A stretch of 31,973 nucleotides of DNA, from positions 1-31,973 of the forward strand of contig JBBRAE010000031.1 in NCBI GenBank assembly GCA_038207085.1. Reading direction: 5' to 3'. The notes beneath the pieces are model-generated. The model was not told the DNA's origin and ran no database searches. It saw only the letters and a list, made by a program, of their open reading frames with translations. Source of the DNA: Armatimonadota bacterium. Its GTDB lineage: Bacteria; Armatimonadota; UBA5829; DTLH01. The translations under genes were made by a program, and so were the position numbers. This document shows, piece by piece, positions 1 to 9,673 of this stretch; position 1 is the first letter of the stretch; every line of letters begins with the position of its first letter.

Positions 1-176
1 TCTCCAGCTTGGACATCTCTTCCCACACTAACTACTTATACACCCACCCCACTTGTACCTTTGTCCAAACTGTGATCTTTTCTGGATACTTTCTGGAACC
101 CTGCACCTCAGGCAATCTCTACCTAAAAACGATGCTCCTGACGTCGATACTTCTAAGGCACCAACGTCAGGCGATC

Positions 177-1283
177 TCAGTCGTCAAGTGTCCCTTCGGG
201 AAGCCCTGTGACCATCGGAGCAGGTTTGGTGCAGGAGGTAGTGATGTCGATGTGTCTACCCTCCCGGGAAGCGTCGTGGAAGGCGTGCATGATGTCGAGT
301 ACGTGGAGTGCGAGGTCACCACTTGCTCTGTGAGGCCTCCCTGAGCGCATTGCGTAGGCCATATCGGCAACTCCCGTGCTTCGGCTGATACTGGCATAAT
401 CGTGGGTGAAGGGTGCATCCGTCCAGTCCTCATCCCCGAGGCGCCTGAGTTTGATTGGGCCGGAGGGGGAGTTGGGGTCGGGCACCCGGATCGTGCCTTC
501 AGTGCCGTAGATCTCGATATTGGGCATATTGGAGGCATGGGAGACGTCAAAGCTTGTGATGATAGTTGCGATCGCCCCTTCACAGAAGTCCATGACTCCA
601 GCAACGTGCGTCGGCACCTCAACTTGGATCTTGGTCCCATATTTCGGCTGGCTTGTGATTGTGCGTTCTGTCCTTGTGATCTGGGCGGATCCCGTTACTC
701 GCCTTACCGGGCCGAGCAGGTTGACAAGGGCGGTCAGGTAGTACGGACCCATGTCAAACATCGGCCCTGCGCCTGCTTTATAGTAGAACTCAGGATCTGG
801 GTGCCAATTCTCATGCCCTCCGCACATCATGAATGCCACAGCCGCAACAGGCTTTCCTATTGCGCCTTCGTCAATGAGTTTCCTGCAGGTCTGAGTCCCG
901 GCTCCAAGGAAGGTGTCTGGCGCGCATCCAACAAGCACACCATTCTTTCTTGCGGTTGCAAGAAGCAGAGAGCCTTGCTCACGGGTGAGGGTGAGCGGTT
1001 TTTCGTTCCAGACGCTTTTGCCTGCCGTGACCGCAGTCATAGCGATCTCGTAGTGGGCTATGGGGATAGTGAGGTTGACGATAATGTCTATCTCTGGGTT
1101 GCCTAACAGCTCTTCAGGTGTGCACGCCAAGGCTACACCGTGCTCTTTGGCTTTGGCCTGTGCTCGTTCGGGTATAATATCGGCGCAGGCTGCGACTTCA
1201 AGTATCTCAAACTTGGGACACTGTGACAGATACGCGCCGCTTATAGCGCCGCATCCGATAATTCCGACTTTTGTCTTCTTCAA
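177..1283 (-). CDS. Gfo/Idh/MocA family NAD(P)-dependent oxidoreductase
   Basis: Rossmann motif VGIIGCGAIS, 'NEKP' motif, GPMFDMGPYY segment. Start moved to TTG at 1283 (LKKTKVGII), which has a GGGAG SD upstream; the ORF track starts at 1331. Confidence 0.9.
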   Translation of the reverse strand: MKKTKVGIIGCGAISGAYLSQCPKFEILEVAACADIIPERAQAKAKEHGVALACTPEELLGNPEIDIIVNLTIPIAHYEIAMTAVTAGKSVWNEKPLTLTREQGSLLLATARKNGVLVGCAPDTFLGAGTQTCRKLIDEGAIGKPVAAVAFMMCGGHENWHPDPEFYYKAGAGPMFDMGPYYLTALVNLLGPVRRVTGSAQITRTERTITSQPKYGTKIQVEVPTHVAGVMDFCEGAIATIITSFDVSHASNMPNIEIYGTEGTIRVPDPNSPSGPIKLRRLGDEDWTDAPFTHDYASISRSTGVADMAYAMRSGRPHRASGDLALHVLDIMHAFHDASREGRHIDITTSCTKPAPMVTGLPEGTLDD

Positions 1284-1400
1284 CTGTTTTCGTCTCCCTA
1301 ATCTGATGTATTTTACAGCAAGAACGGGCAATTTGCCTTGGCAAATGGACGAGGGTCCGCTATCATAACTATTGTAATCACCCGACTTGGAGGATATGAG

Positions 1401-2477
1401 TTGCCACTACTATACAAGAAAGATTGGGATGAGTCAAAGAAAAGGTTCGAAGCCTTTTGGAACAGGGACATAGCCGACAGACCGCTTCTCCTGATCGGTA
1501 CAGCGACAGATGGGTCGGGTGAGGTACCCCCGACGCCGCCAGCGACTCTTGAGGAGCGCTACACCGATGTCGATTACCTGCTTGCCGCCGTAGAGTACGG
1601 CTTGAAGCGGACTTACTACGCTGGGGACATGTTCCCGCACTTTGCGCCTTACCTTGGGGCAGGCTCCGTTGCGCTCTATCTTGGGTCTGAACCCGGATTC
1701 GCTGAGGACACTATTTGGTTCGAGAAGTGCATCGACGGACTGAAAGACCCCATTCCAAGCTTTGACCCGAACAACAAGTGGTGGCTGAAGACCCTTGAGA
1801 TAACCCAGAAGGCCGTCGAACGATTCCGTGGCAAGGCGCTCGTGACGTTTCCAGATCTTGTCGAGAATGTGGACATTATAGCAAGCTTGAGAGGCACCGA
1901 AGAGCTTCTCTTCGACCTGATAGAGTGCCCCGAGGACGTTCACAGGTGGCAAAAGGCTCTCCTGGACCTCTACTTCGAGTACTATGACAGGCTCTATGAT
2001 ATGATCAAAGAGGACGACGGAGGCTCGAGCTTTATAGCGTTCAACATTTGGGGACCGGGCAGGACTGCAAAGATCCAGTGTGACTTCTCGGCGATGATAT
2101 CCAAGCCGATGTTCGATGAGTTTGTCGCGCCGTATCTGGAAGAGCAGGCAAAGCGGCTCGATTACGTCTGCTACCATCTCGACGGGCCAGGCGCGCTCCA
2201 GCACGTCGACACCCTTGTCTCGCTGCCCAACATCGATGCGATCCAGTGGACCCCCGGTGCGGGCACTTCTGGGGTCGGTGACCCTGCTTGGATACCGCTT
2301 TACAAGAAGATCCGCGAAGCCGGCAAGTCGCTTGTTCTTCTTGGTCCATCGCCGGATGAAGCAGAGCATATCGCCCGTGAAGTCGGGCCCGAAGGAATTC
2401 TTTTCGCTACTGGCGCAGACTCACCCGAGCATGCCGATGAGATAGTTAAGAGCTCTTACAACTGGAAGAAGTCCTAA
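1401..2477 (+). CDS. Uroporphyrinogen decarboxylase / cobalamin-dependent methyltransferase (MtaA/CmuA)-like TIM-barrel protein
   Basis: 'LRGTEELLFDL', 'QCDFSAMIS..MFDEFV.P', 'YHLDG', 'IQWTPG' segments typical of this family. GGAGG at 1389-1393 precedes TTG at 1401. Confidence 0.75.
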   Translation: MPLLYKKDWDESKKRFEAFWNRDIADRPLLLIGTATDGSGEVPPTPPATLEERYTDVDYLLAAVEYGLKRTYYAGDMFPHFAPYLGAGSVALYLGSEPGFAEDTIWFEKCIDGLKDPIPSFDPNNKWWLKTLEITQKAVERFRGKALVTFPDLVENVDIIASLRGTEELLFDLIECPEDVHRWQKALLDLYFEYYDRLYDMIKEDDGGSSFIAFNIWGPGRTAKIQCDFSAMISKPMFDEFVAPYLEEQAKRLDYVCYHLDGPGALQHVDTLVSLPNIDAIQWTPGAGTSGVGDPAWIPLYKKIREAGKSLVLLGPSPDEAEHIAREVGPEGILFATGADSPEHADEIVKSSYNWKKS

Positions 2478-2503
2478 AAACGAGAGTTTCCTGTTGAGAT
2501 TAC

Positions 2504-2556
2504 GAAGTCGTCTGTTAGCTTCTTCTTTGGAAGGAGCCGGCAGGCGACTTCTTTGT
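2504..2556 (+). terminator. Intrinsic terminator-like hairpin
   Basis: GAAGTCGTCTGTTAGCTTCTTC / GAAGGAGCCGGCAGGCGACTTC stem with several G-U pairs that work only on the + strand, followed by TTTGTGTT, just after the stop at 2477. Confidence 0.6.
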
Positions 2557-2753
2557 GTTGGGGTAATGGTCCCAACGGCCTAGTGTTGGATTAACCCGGC
2601 TGTGGAAGATTCCACACATCTATCTACGAGGCCTCGCACGCTGTGAAACAGGTTGTCGTGCAGGAACTGTGCGGCTGAGACGTTTACCGATATGCCGATC
2701 GGAGCAAGTCCGGAGTCCTGCCGGCAGTACACTCAAGAAGCCGCATAGCTCCG

Positions 2754-3206
2754 CTACGTGCAGAATTTGTGGGCAGAGGGAGGCTCGTTCAGCACCAGCC
2801 AGAACAGGCCGAGCGTTCTTGCGGCTTCGACGAACTGGTTGTAATCGACCGGCTTTCTCACGTATGCGTTCGCGCCGTACCTGTAGCTTGAAACGACGTC
2901 ATCGTCTTCTTCGGAGGATGTCAGGACGATCACAGGCAGACAGCTTGTGCGGTCGTCGGCGCGTATCCGCTTCAGCACATCAATGCCCCCGATTTTGGGA
3001 AGCTTCAGATCGAGCAGAATCACCGATGGTTGGGCATCGGCCTCGCGGTCTGCATAGAGGCCGGTGTGAAAGAGATAATCTATCGCCTCCTCGCCGTCCC
3101 GCGCGACAACGATATCGTTGCAGAGCTTACTTTCTTCAAATGCAAGCATGGTGAGCTCCACATCGTCGGGATTGTTCTCAACAAGGAGTATCTCGCCGTC
3201 TCTTAA
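2754..3206 (-). CDS. Single-domain response regulator (CheY-like, Rcp1-type); start codon unclear
   Basis: ILLVENNPDDVELT...ILLDLKLPKIGG..VL...PVIVLTSS...GANAYVRKPVD. The conserved N-terminal strand lies upstream of the first GTG (3161), and an in-frame TAA at 3216-3218 leaves no ATG/GTG/TTG before it. Confidence 0.8.
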   Translation of the reverse strand, partial: LRDGEILLVENNPDDVELTMLAFEESKLCNDIVVARDGEEAIDYLFHTGLYADREADAQPSVILLDLKLPKIGGIDVLKRIRADDRTSCLPVIVLTSSEEDDDVVSSYRYGANAYVRKPVDYNQFVEAARTLGLFWLVLNEPPSAHKFCT

Positions 3207-3285
3207 AGGCTGGCGTTATGCGCCACCGGTCGTCGCGCCGCTGAAATGCGCTGCCCCCGGCATTTGCTATTTCCTGCATCTGTCG

Positions 3286-4911
3286 CTACTTGATGCTGTC
3301 CGCGATCGTCATCTCGATTGCTACGGTCGTGCCATCCGGTCCGGTAGCGAGGTAAACCGTGTCCGCAAACTCGATGATAAGTTTATACCCCATCCCAAGC
3401 GTTCCTGCGGTCGAGTAGTGCCTGGTAAGGGCCACGTCAGGAAGCTCGAGCGCGCGAATCCCAGTCCCGTGGTCTTTGGTGATGAAAACCAGCCGGTCAG
3501 CGTCCCGGCAGAGCGTGCATTCTCCTCCACCTGCGTGCTTGAGGGCGTTTGCCGCAGCTTCGATCACGCAGCCCAGGAACTTGTAGACCCGGCGGTCTTC
3601 CATCTCGTAACCGCGCAGCAGTGTTATCAACTCATCGCGCATAAGCCCAACATCGTCGTGGTCTTTCATCTGCCAGGACTTGACGTGCTCGAAGGCGATC
3701 TTCGCGATGTTCTCCTCGTCGGATATAACGAGCTTACCTTCAGTTGCGGCAAGAATGGTCCTCCTGTAGAACTCCAGCTTATGCGCCTCAAGCTCCCGCG
3801 CCGCGAGTTCGGCGGCTCTTCGCTCTGTGATGTCCGAAAACGCCGAGACGGACCCCCGGGGTTTTCCCGAATCATCGAGGAGCGGCGAGGCGTCGCCCAA
3901 GAGGTAACGGGTTGTGCTGTCATCAAAGAGCAACTCAAACTCATAGTCTTTGATGACTTCGCCCTTTGCAGCCCTTTGAACGGGAAGTTGGTCTATTGGT
4001 ATTTCCACGCCGTTTTTCATCGTTCTGAAGTTGGTGGGCCGCTCGACTTCGGGAGCAGACTTGGAGGCGTTGGCGTCCAGGGGCAGCCGGAGCAGTTCGT
4101 AAGAGGCCTTGCTGCCGGTGATTTGGTGGCTTTCTGGGTCGTGTGAGATCCAGACGATGGTCGGGATCGCGTCAAGGACAGCCTGAAGCTCCTGGGCGCG
4201 GTGGCGTTCATCGTTTAGCATGCGTATCCGTCCCATCGCCGTTGCGACGTAGTCGGCGACGGTCTTCATAAGGCTCAGTTCGTCGCTGCTGAAGCGGATA
4301 TTGCTCTTTGATCCGAACGAAAGCGTCCCGATCACTTTGCCGCCCTGTCCAAGCAGTGGATGACACGCGTAGGCTTGAATGCCATAGCTTTTTACGAGGT
4401 CGGTCTTTACGTCAGGGGTGTCAAAGATGTTCTCGGCGACGATCCGTGCGCCGTCTCTTGCCACACATCCGCACACCGCCACACCGTAGTCCAGCCACTC
4501 TATGCTTTTGCCGACTTCCTCGGGGATCCCGGCGAATGCGTTCAGGTGCAGCTTCCCGTGGTCATCGTCCACAAGGAAGTTGAAGAACGCGTGGCAGCCG
4601 AGCGCTTCCATCACTTTCTCGCAGAGCGACTGCACGAGCCCCTGTGGGTCGTCGGTAACAAGCAGCCTGCTGATGGTCTCTGAGAGGAGTGTGAGGTGTT
4701 TGCGTTCATCTTCATGGCATGGGTAGGCGCTGTAGGAGGTCAGAGTGACGACCATATCATAGCGGGTGTCGCGAAGCTTGGCGCAGGCATCCTCCTGTGA
4801 GCCCACCACGTCCACTTGGAACCCCGCCGATATCAGCACAGTGACCTCGGGCGACTCTTTGCCTCCAATCACAAGTGCGCGTTTATTCGTCTCATCTTGC
4901 TCGCACTGCAT
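3286..4911 (-). CDS. GAF + PAS sensor fused to an anti-sigma-factor-type HATPase_c (RsbT/RsbW-like Ser kinase)
   Basis: GAF (VCGCVARDG..IVAENI...AYACHPLL), PAS/PAC (SPLLDDSG...SAFSDITER), C-terminal EAAANALKHAGGG / DHGTGI / GTLGMG. No HisKA H-box seen. Confidence 0.8.
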   Translation of the reverse strand: MQCEQDETNKRALVIGGKESPEVTVLISAGFQVDVVGSQEDACAKLRDTRYDMVVTLTSYSAYPCHEDERKHLTLLSETISRLLVTDDPQGLVQSLCEKVMEALGCHAFFNFLVDDDHGKLHLNAFAGIPEEVGKSIEWLDYGVAVCGCVARDGARIVAENIFDTPDVKTDLVKSYGIQAYACHPLLGQGGKVIGTLSFGSKSNIRFSSDELSLMKTVADYVATAMGRIRMLNDERHRAQELQAVLDAIPTIVWISHDPESHQITGSKASYELLRLPLDANASKSAPEVERPTNFRTMKNGVEIPIDQLPVQRAAKGEVIKDYEFELLFDDSTTRYLLGDASPLLDDSGKPRGSVSAFSDITERRAAELAARELEAHKLEFYRRTILAATEGKLVISDEENIAKIAFEHVKSWQMKDHDDVGLMRDELITLLRGYEMEDRRVYKFLGCVIEAAANALKHAGGGECTLCRDADRLVFITKDHGTGIRALELPDVALTRHYSTAGTLGMGYKLIIEFADTVYLATGPDGTTVAIEMTIADSIK

Positions 4912-4951
4912 AACTATCTCGCTATTTCTGTTGACAAAACCACGGCTCGTG

Positions 4952-5281
4952 TCATCTGGCCGGCACTTCGACGATGTCCATAATCTCGTCGAAACCGGAC
5001 ATTTTGAGCACTCTGCGTGGGTAAGCGCTCTCTGATACCAGCACGCGAAGCCTGTTGGATCGTTTCAACATGGTCGTTGCAGCTTTGGTCACACACAGGA
5101 CTACGGCGGTGTCTATGAACTGCACTTCCGTTAGATCGACCTCAACCACCGAATCGGTAAATGAGGCAAGCCTGAGCTGCTCGTGAAACTGCTGATAATT
5201 GGTCAGGTCGAGGCTATCGCTGTCAGTAAATATGACCGTGGCATCACCACGGACAATTCTAATGTTTGCCTGCTGAGTCAT
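4952..5281 (-). CDS. STAS domain anti-sigma-factor antagonist
   Basis: 'LDLTN', 'VDLTEVQFIDTA' (phospho-acceptor position is Thr), 'RRVLKMSGFD'. Confidence 0.85.
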   Translation of the reverse strand: MTQQANIRIVRGDATVIFTDSDSLDLTNYQQFHEQLRLASFTDSVVEVDLTEVQFIDTAVVLCVTKAATTMLKRSNRLRVLVSESAYPRRVLKMSGFDEIMDIVEVPAR

Positions 5282-5621
5282 AGTGGTTCTACAATCACCT
5301 CAAATTTCGTCCATCTTTATGGCAACTCTATGGCGGCAACATCCTGCAGTCTACCGCCTGCGCGCCAAATGGAAGGCCCGGGAGTCGCTTGCTGCGTATG
5401 TTGGTCGACATTGTAATTATATCAGACTCGAACCAATTGTCGAACCATTCACAATGCCGTGCATAAAGCAGGCTAGCCTGATCCATAAAGATGTATATAC
5501 CCGTCTGTGCCACTATGGTTGGGTCTGATGGAGAAATTGTCTCTGCAATGTTGCAATGTTGCGACCAATTGACATGCGCGCCTGTCGACTGTACACTGAA
5601 CCAACTCGGAGATATGTTCGT

Positions 5622-6821
5622 ATGTTATACTACCTGAAGAACTGCGCCCTGCTGCTCGCTGTCCTGATCTTTGCGACCCCGCTTGTCGGGTGCCGCCCGG
5701 CGGGTCGGGCGATTACGTCCGTGCAGTATCACAACATCGATTATCGCGTGGTAAAGACCGTAATGACGATGAACGCAGGCGACGGGGCGCTCGATTTGCG
5801 TCCCTTGATGGAGTGCGAGGTCTACACGGGCACGGTGACTGTAGGGCGCGTCACCGCAGAGTTCCCCCAGGGGTTTGAAGAGACCGCAAGAGAGCTTGCC
5901 GCGGAGTTTGACGCTTTCTATCCCACGGTAGCGCGCGAGACGGGTATCGACTGGAGCTTCGATCTGATGCTCAAACTCGTTCGCGTTCCCCAGGGGGTGA
6001 GCGGCTTTCGCTACTCGGTAAAGCTGCCGAAGAGCCGTCGGCTAGCGTTCCCGGTTCCTGTCTCGCCGGACGGAAAAGGTGGCTGGTGGACCCCACTAAT
6101 TGCCCACGAGATGACCGAGGCGAGCCTGATCGCCCCGATAGACCGCAACAAGATCGTCCTTGACGACCTCTACTCTGAAAACTTTTGCCTGAGATTTGGC
6201 ACGAGGTGGTTTCGTGACGGGGTTTCCAACTATGTGATGTGGAGCTTCGTCGACCCAACTCTGAACCCGCCCGATGCGGTATTTACCGAGCTTAATCGGG
6301 CGAAAACGCGCCTGCTGACTTGGTCGAACTGCCCAAACGAGCCCGACCTCTATGCCGCGGCCCACGGACTCATTCAGTTGACCGTCAACCGCTTCGGCCC
6401 GGACTCGATCCCGCGTCTTATGTCCGAGTTGGCCCAAGAGGAAGTTCCAGGGGGTGGGGGGCTTGCCCGGGCCTACAAGCGGGCGACGGGGGAGGACTTG
6501 AAGGCCTTTCTTGGAAACTATCAGCTCGCCTGGACTGGTTTTTCGGTTCGGCAAACTGGCCGACCCGTCGTAACGCAGGTCTACCCCGCGACTCCGGCGA
6601 GCAGAAGGGGAGTGCGGGTCGGTGACGTGATTGTCTCTGTCGCAGGAAAGCCTGTCCGTGACTCAAACGACCTCGCCCGTGCGCTTTCGATGCAAAATCC
6701 GGGTGAGATGACGTTGTTTGAGTTCGAACGGGACGGTCAAGCGCTCCAAACGCGCCTGAAACTAATCCCAATGCCGGTCGATCTCACTCAGTTTCTGAAG
6801 TCTTCCGAAGCTCTTCCTTAA
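5622..6821 (+). CDS. Putative lipoprotein with gluzincin-like domain and C-terminal PDZ domain
   Basis: Hydrophobic signal ending in lipobox LVGC; AHEMTE...WFRDG resembles HExxH...WxxEG; PDZ motif VTQVYPATPA..GVRVGDVIVSV. GGAG upstream of ATG 5622. Confidence 0.7.
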   Translation: MLYYLKNCALLLAVLIFATPLVGCRPAGRAITSVQYHNIDYRVVKTVMTMNAGDGALDLRPLMECEVYTGTVTVGRVTAEFPQGFEETARELAAEFDAFYPTVARETGIDWSFDLMLKLVRVPQGVSGFRYSVKLPKSRRLAFPVPVSPDGKGGWWTPLIAHEMTEASLIAPIDRNKIVLDDLYSENFCLRFGTRWFRDGVSNYVMWSFVDPTLNPPDAVFTELNRAKTRLLTWSNCPNEPDLYAAAHGLIQLTVNRFGPDSIPRLMSELAQEEVPGGGGLARAYKRATGEDLKAFLGNYQLAWTGFSVRQTGRPVVTQVYPATPASRRGVRVGDVIVSVAGKPVRDSNDLARALSMQNPGEMTLFEFERDGQALQTRLKLIPMPVDLTQFLKSSEALP

Positions 6822-7296
6822 ACCTGATCACGCAGGTTCCGTCGCCCGCGCAGAGCCGTTTCTCCAGTTTGAAGCTGATCTCTCCCGCAAATTCGTTTGT
6901 CCATCCCTCGAACTCGGCTGTGCAGATCTTCTCTGAGATCGAGTTTGCGATCGCCTCGCGCCCGGCGTGCGAAAGCATTGCATACCACGGGCACCGGCGG
7001 ACGACTATTTCGAGCGCGTCTTCCGAGGGCCAGCGCACCTCGTAGTCGAACCCCTCGGCTGCGAACTTCAGCCCAAAGCATGCCGCGAGGTCCCTCAGGC
7101 TGTTTCCTTCAAGGCCGAGCAACTGCTTTGCCTTGCGTGCCTGGATCTTGGGCATCACGGTCCACACCTGTTCATCAAGCTCAAGCGCCTCTTCAAACGA
7201 GCGTTTCTCCTCGGTCTTGACGAACCACAGCCCGTCCACCGTGAAGTACGACCTTCTCAGGAACTCGACAAGGGTAGCATCGTCGAACTTGTCCAC
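6784..7296 (-). CDS. DUF6125 / V4R-like (L-2-amino-thiazoline-4-carboxylate hydrolase-like) protein
   Basis: 'TVDGLWF..TE', 'RCPW', 'IC..EF', 'LC.GD..C..RF' cysteine pattern; directly follows DAHP synthase. Confidence 0.65.
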   Translation of the reverse strand: MDKFDDATLVEFLRRSYFTVDGLWFVKTEEKRSFEEALELDEQVWTVMPKIQARKAKQLLGLEGNSLRDLAACFGLKFAAEGFDYEVRWPSEDALEIVVRRCPWYAMLSHAGREAIANSISEKICTAEFEGWTNEFAGEISFKLEKRLCAGDGTCVIRFKEELRKTSETE

Positions 7297-7299
7297 AGG

Positions 7300-8322
7300 C
7301 TACATCCTTTTCCCGTGACAGAGCGAGGGCACGGTTTCCATAATCGCCTCAAGCGTGTCGAGCGCAAGGGCCTGGGGGCCATCGCAGAGCGCGTGGGTCG
7401 GGTCCGGGTGAACTTCGATCAAGAGCCCGTCGGCTCCTGCCGCCGCCGCCGCGTAAGATAGCGCCGGGACGAAGCTTCGGCTCCCTGCTGCGTGGCTTGG
7501 GTCGACGATCACCGGCAGGTGCGAAAGCGACTTTGCAACCGGGATGGCTGAAATATCGAGCGTATATCGTGTATAGGTCTTGTCGACGGGATGCACCCCA
7601 CGCTCGCAGAGTATCACCCTGGAGTTCCCTTGGCTAAGGATATACTCGGCCGCGAGAAGCCACTCGTCGATAGTTGCGCTCGGGCCGCGCTTCAGCATGA
7701 CCGGCACATCGAGCTTGCCGACGGCGGTGAGGAGCGCATAGTTCTGCATATTGCGCGCGCCGATCTGTAAAATGTCGGCATATTCGGCGATGAGGTCGGC
7801 GTCGTGGTGGTCCATAATCTCGGTGACGGTGACAAGGCCGAACCTGTCGCCCGCTTCTTTGAGATACTTGAGCCCCTCGGCGCCGAGCCCCTGAAAGGCG
7901 TAGGGCGAGGTTCTGGGCTTGAATGCGCCGCCCCGCAGCAGTTTCGCCCCGCAGAGCTTGACCGCGCCCGCGATGCCCATAAGCTGCTCGCGGCTTTCGA
8001 TCGCGCAGGGGCCAGCCGCCACGGTGAAAGTCGGCGCACCGATAGTCACCCCTTTGATCTCAACAACGCTGTCGACGGGGTGGAACTCGCGGCTTGCGAG
8101 CTTGAAGGCCCGGCTGACCTGGGTTACATGATCGACCCCCGAGAGCAGTTGGAGCTGTTCGGTAAGGGGACCTCTAAGATCAGGCGGAATCGCGCTTGCG
8201 ACCCCGACGGCGGTCCGTTCGCCTCCGGGAAGGCTGACGGCTTTCAGGCCATGCTCTTCAATAACGCCGACGACCTGTCTGAGTTCCACTTCGGAGGCTC
8301 CGCTCCGCATTGCCACTATCAT
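7300..8322 (-). CDS. aroF: 3-deoxy-7-phosphoheptulonate (DAHP) synthase, type I-beta with N-terminal regulatory domain
   Basis: [53 protein letters not shown] motifs. Confidence 0.93.
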   Translation of the reverse strand: MIVAMRSGASEVELRQVVGVIEEHGLKAVSLPGGERTAVGVASAIPPDLRGPLTEQLQLLSGVDHVTQVSRAFKLASREFHPVDSVVEIKGVTIGAPTFTVAAGPCAIESREQLMGIAGAVKLCGAKLLRGGAFKPRTSPYAFQGLGAEGLKYLKEAGDRFGLVTVTEIMDHHDADLIAEYADILQIGARNMQNYALLTAVGKLDVPVMLKRGPSATIDEWLLAAEYILSQGNSRVILCERGVHPVDKTYTRYTLDISAIPVAKSLSHLPVIVDPSHAAGSRSFVPALSYAAAAAGADGLLIEVHPDPTHALCDGPQALALDTLEAIMETVPSLCHGKRM

Positions 8323-8344
8323 AACTTGGTGCTCCTAGTCAAAA

Positions 8345-8511
8345 GTATCCACAAACTTATCCACACGGCTATGGATAACATCTTCTCCAAATTACCCACA
8401 ATCTATCCACAGGCCGTTTCCACAGCCAGCCGCGATCAAATCCACAGTAGATAGTGAAATACTTCGCCAAGTAGAACCGAAATACCTTTGTGGAGAAAAT
8501 GCTGTGGAAAT
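8345..8511. promoter_or_regulatory. Cluster of DnaA-box-like 9-mers
   Basis: Perfect TTATCCACA at 8357-8365; near matches GTATCCACA 8345, TATGGATAA 8370 (rev), TTACCCACA 8392, CTATCCACA 8403, GTTTCCACA 8416, AAATCCACA 8438, TGTGGAGAA 8489 (rev), TGTGGAAAT 8503 (rev). Confidence 0.75.
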
Positions 8512-8790
8512 CTCTTGGGGGGTGGGGAAATGGGGGAAAGTCGCCAGGGCTGGCGAGACTTGGGGGATTTTGCTAGCTTCCCTTTGTTGTAGTACGTCGA
8601 GAAATTTGTGCATTGCACCCTTCGAGAGCCTCAGGGTGAGGGGTTGGCTTGGGTGAAATGTGAAGGATTGTACCGCGCGCACCAATCTCTCAACTACAGA
8701 TCAATCCAAAACCAATCACGTTGAGGCTCTCGAAACGTGCGCTCCACCCAAACCCTCGACATCCACGAATCTCCTCGAAGCTAATCCCAA

Positions 8791-8831
8791 TCTATCGTTG
8801 GCCCGGATTTGCAATCCGGGCCAACGATAGA
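8791..8831. repeat. REP-like perfect palindrome
   Basis: TCTATCGTTGGCCCGGATT-TGC-AATCCGGGCCAACGATAGA, 19-bp perfect stem; its 24-bp core recurs exactly at 13196-13219. Confidence 0.8.
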
Positions 8832-8893
8832 AGGCTGAGCTCGGTACAAATCTCCCAAACCTCGCCAGTCCCAGACTAGCGACTAGCCACTAA

Positions 8894-9673
8894 CTAGCGA
8901 CTGTCCGCTGGCAGCCTATCGTAAATAATCTCGCAGGGCGGGTCGGAGAGCAGGCTTGGCATTACCTGGTTTACGAGGTCGGCGACCTCTTCGTCCACGT
9001 GACCGATCGAGACGATCAGCGTTTGGGGTTTGAGCAGTGTCATAACCCTTTGCACGCCCTCTGCGACCGAACGGACGCGCTCTACGTGGCGCACGAAGTT
9101 GATTTTGCAGGATTTGGACACCCGCTCGGCGTCATCGAGCTTGCGGCGCGCGAGGGATTCTGCCTCAGGAATAGGGCTTGCAAGCGGCATGCTCCTTGGC
9201 ACGCGCAAAAGGTCGATCGCGTGGACCTCGTTTTTGCGTCTATCGGCGACGCTGCATGCGAGCTCCATAGCCCGTTCCCAGTTTCCGACAAGCAGCACCG
9301 CGATGTCGCTCAGGCGCTGGTCGCCGGGGTGGGTGGAGAGGTCTTCAAGCCCAAGGCTCGCCCGCGCGGACTCAACGGTAGGGGCGACCGGGAGCTGCGA
9401 CGCAACGGCGCGCACCCCTCGGATCACCTTCATAGCGTTCTCAGGCACCCCCGCGACGATGATCCTCGCGTCGTGGCGCTGAATATACTTTATCGCCTCA
9501 AGAAAGGTCTTTGCTCCCTGCTCGGTGACCTCGGTCAGCTGCCCGCAGTCGATGATTATCCCCTTGGGATTCTCTTCGAGGAGCACCTTGGCGGCCGCCT
9601 GGATCGTCGGCCACTCATTTTCGTTGAGTGACCCCCTGAGCGTTACAACGTCTCGTCTTGCCTCAACTATCAT
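8894..9673 (-). CDS. STAS domain + universal-stress-protein-like domain fusion
   Basis: N-terminal 'VVTLRGSL...IIIDCGQLTEVTEQG' (STAS-like); C-terminal 'AMELACSVA...VHAIDLLRVPRSMPL...ERVRSVAEGV...PPCEI' (USP-like). Start abuts the stop of the transporter (TAAATG). Confidence 0.7.
   Translation of the reverse strand: MIVEARRDVVTLRGSLNENEWPTIQAAAKVLLEENPKGIIIDCGQLTEVTEQGAKTFLEAIKYIQRHDARIIVAGVPENAMKVIRGVRAVASQLPVAPTVESARASLGLEDLSTHPGDQRLSDIAVLLVGNWERAMELACSVADRRKNEVHAIDLLRVPRSMPLASPIPEAESLARRKLDDAERVSKSCKINFVRHVERVRSVAEGVQRVMTLLKPQTLIVSIGHVDEEVADLVNQVMPSLLSDPPCEIIYDRLPADSR

Noticed and set aside
1..16. Possible gene start (ATG at 16, - strand) running off the window
   Set aside because: Only five codons are visible; cannot be supported.
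3118..4146. 342-aa + strand ORF (and similar antisense ORFs at 402-1106, 1434-2369, 8999-9631, 24397-25044)
   Set aside because: Each overlaps a better-supported gene on the opposite strand.
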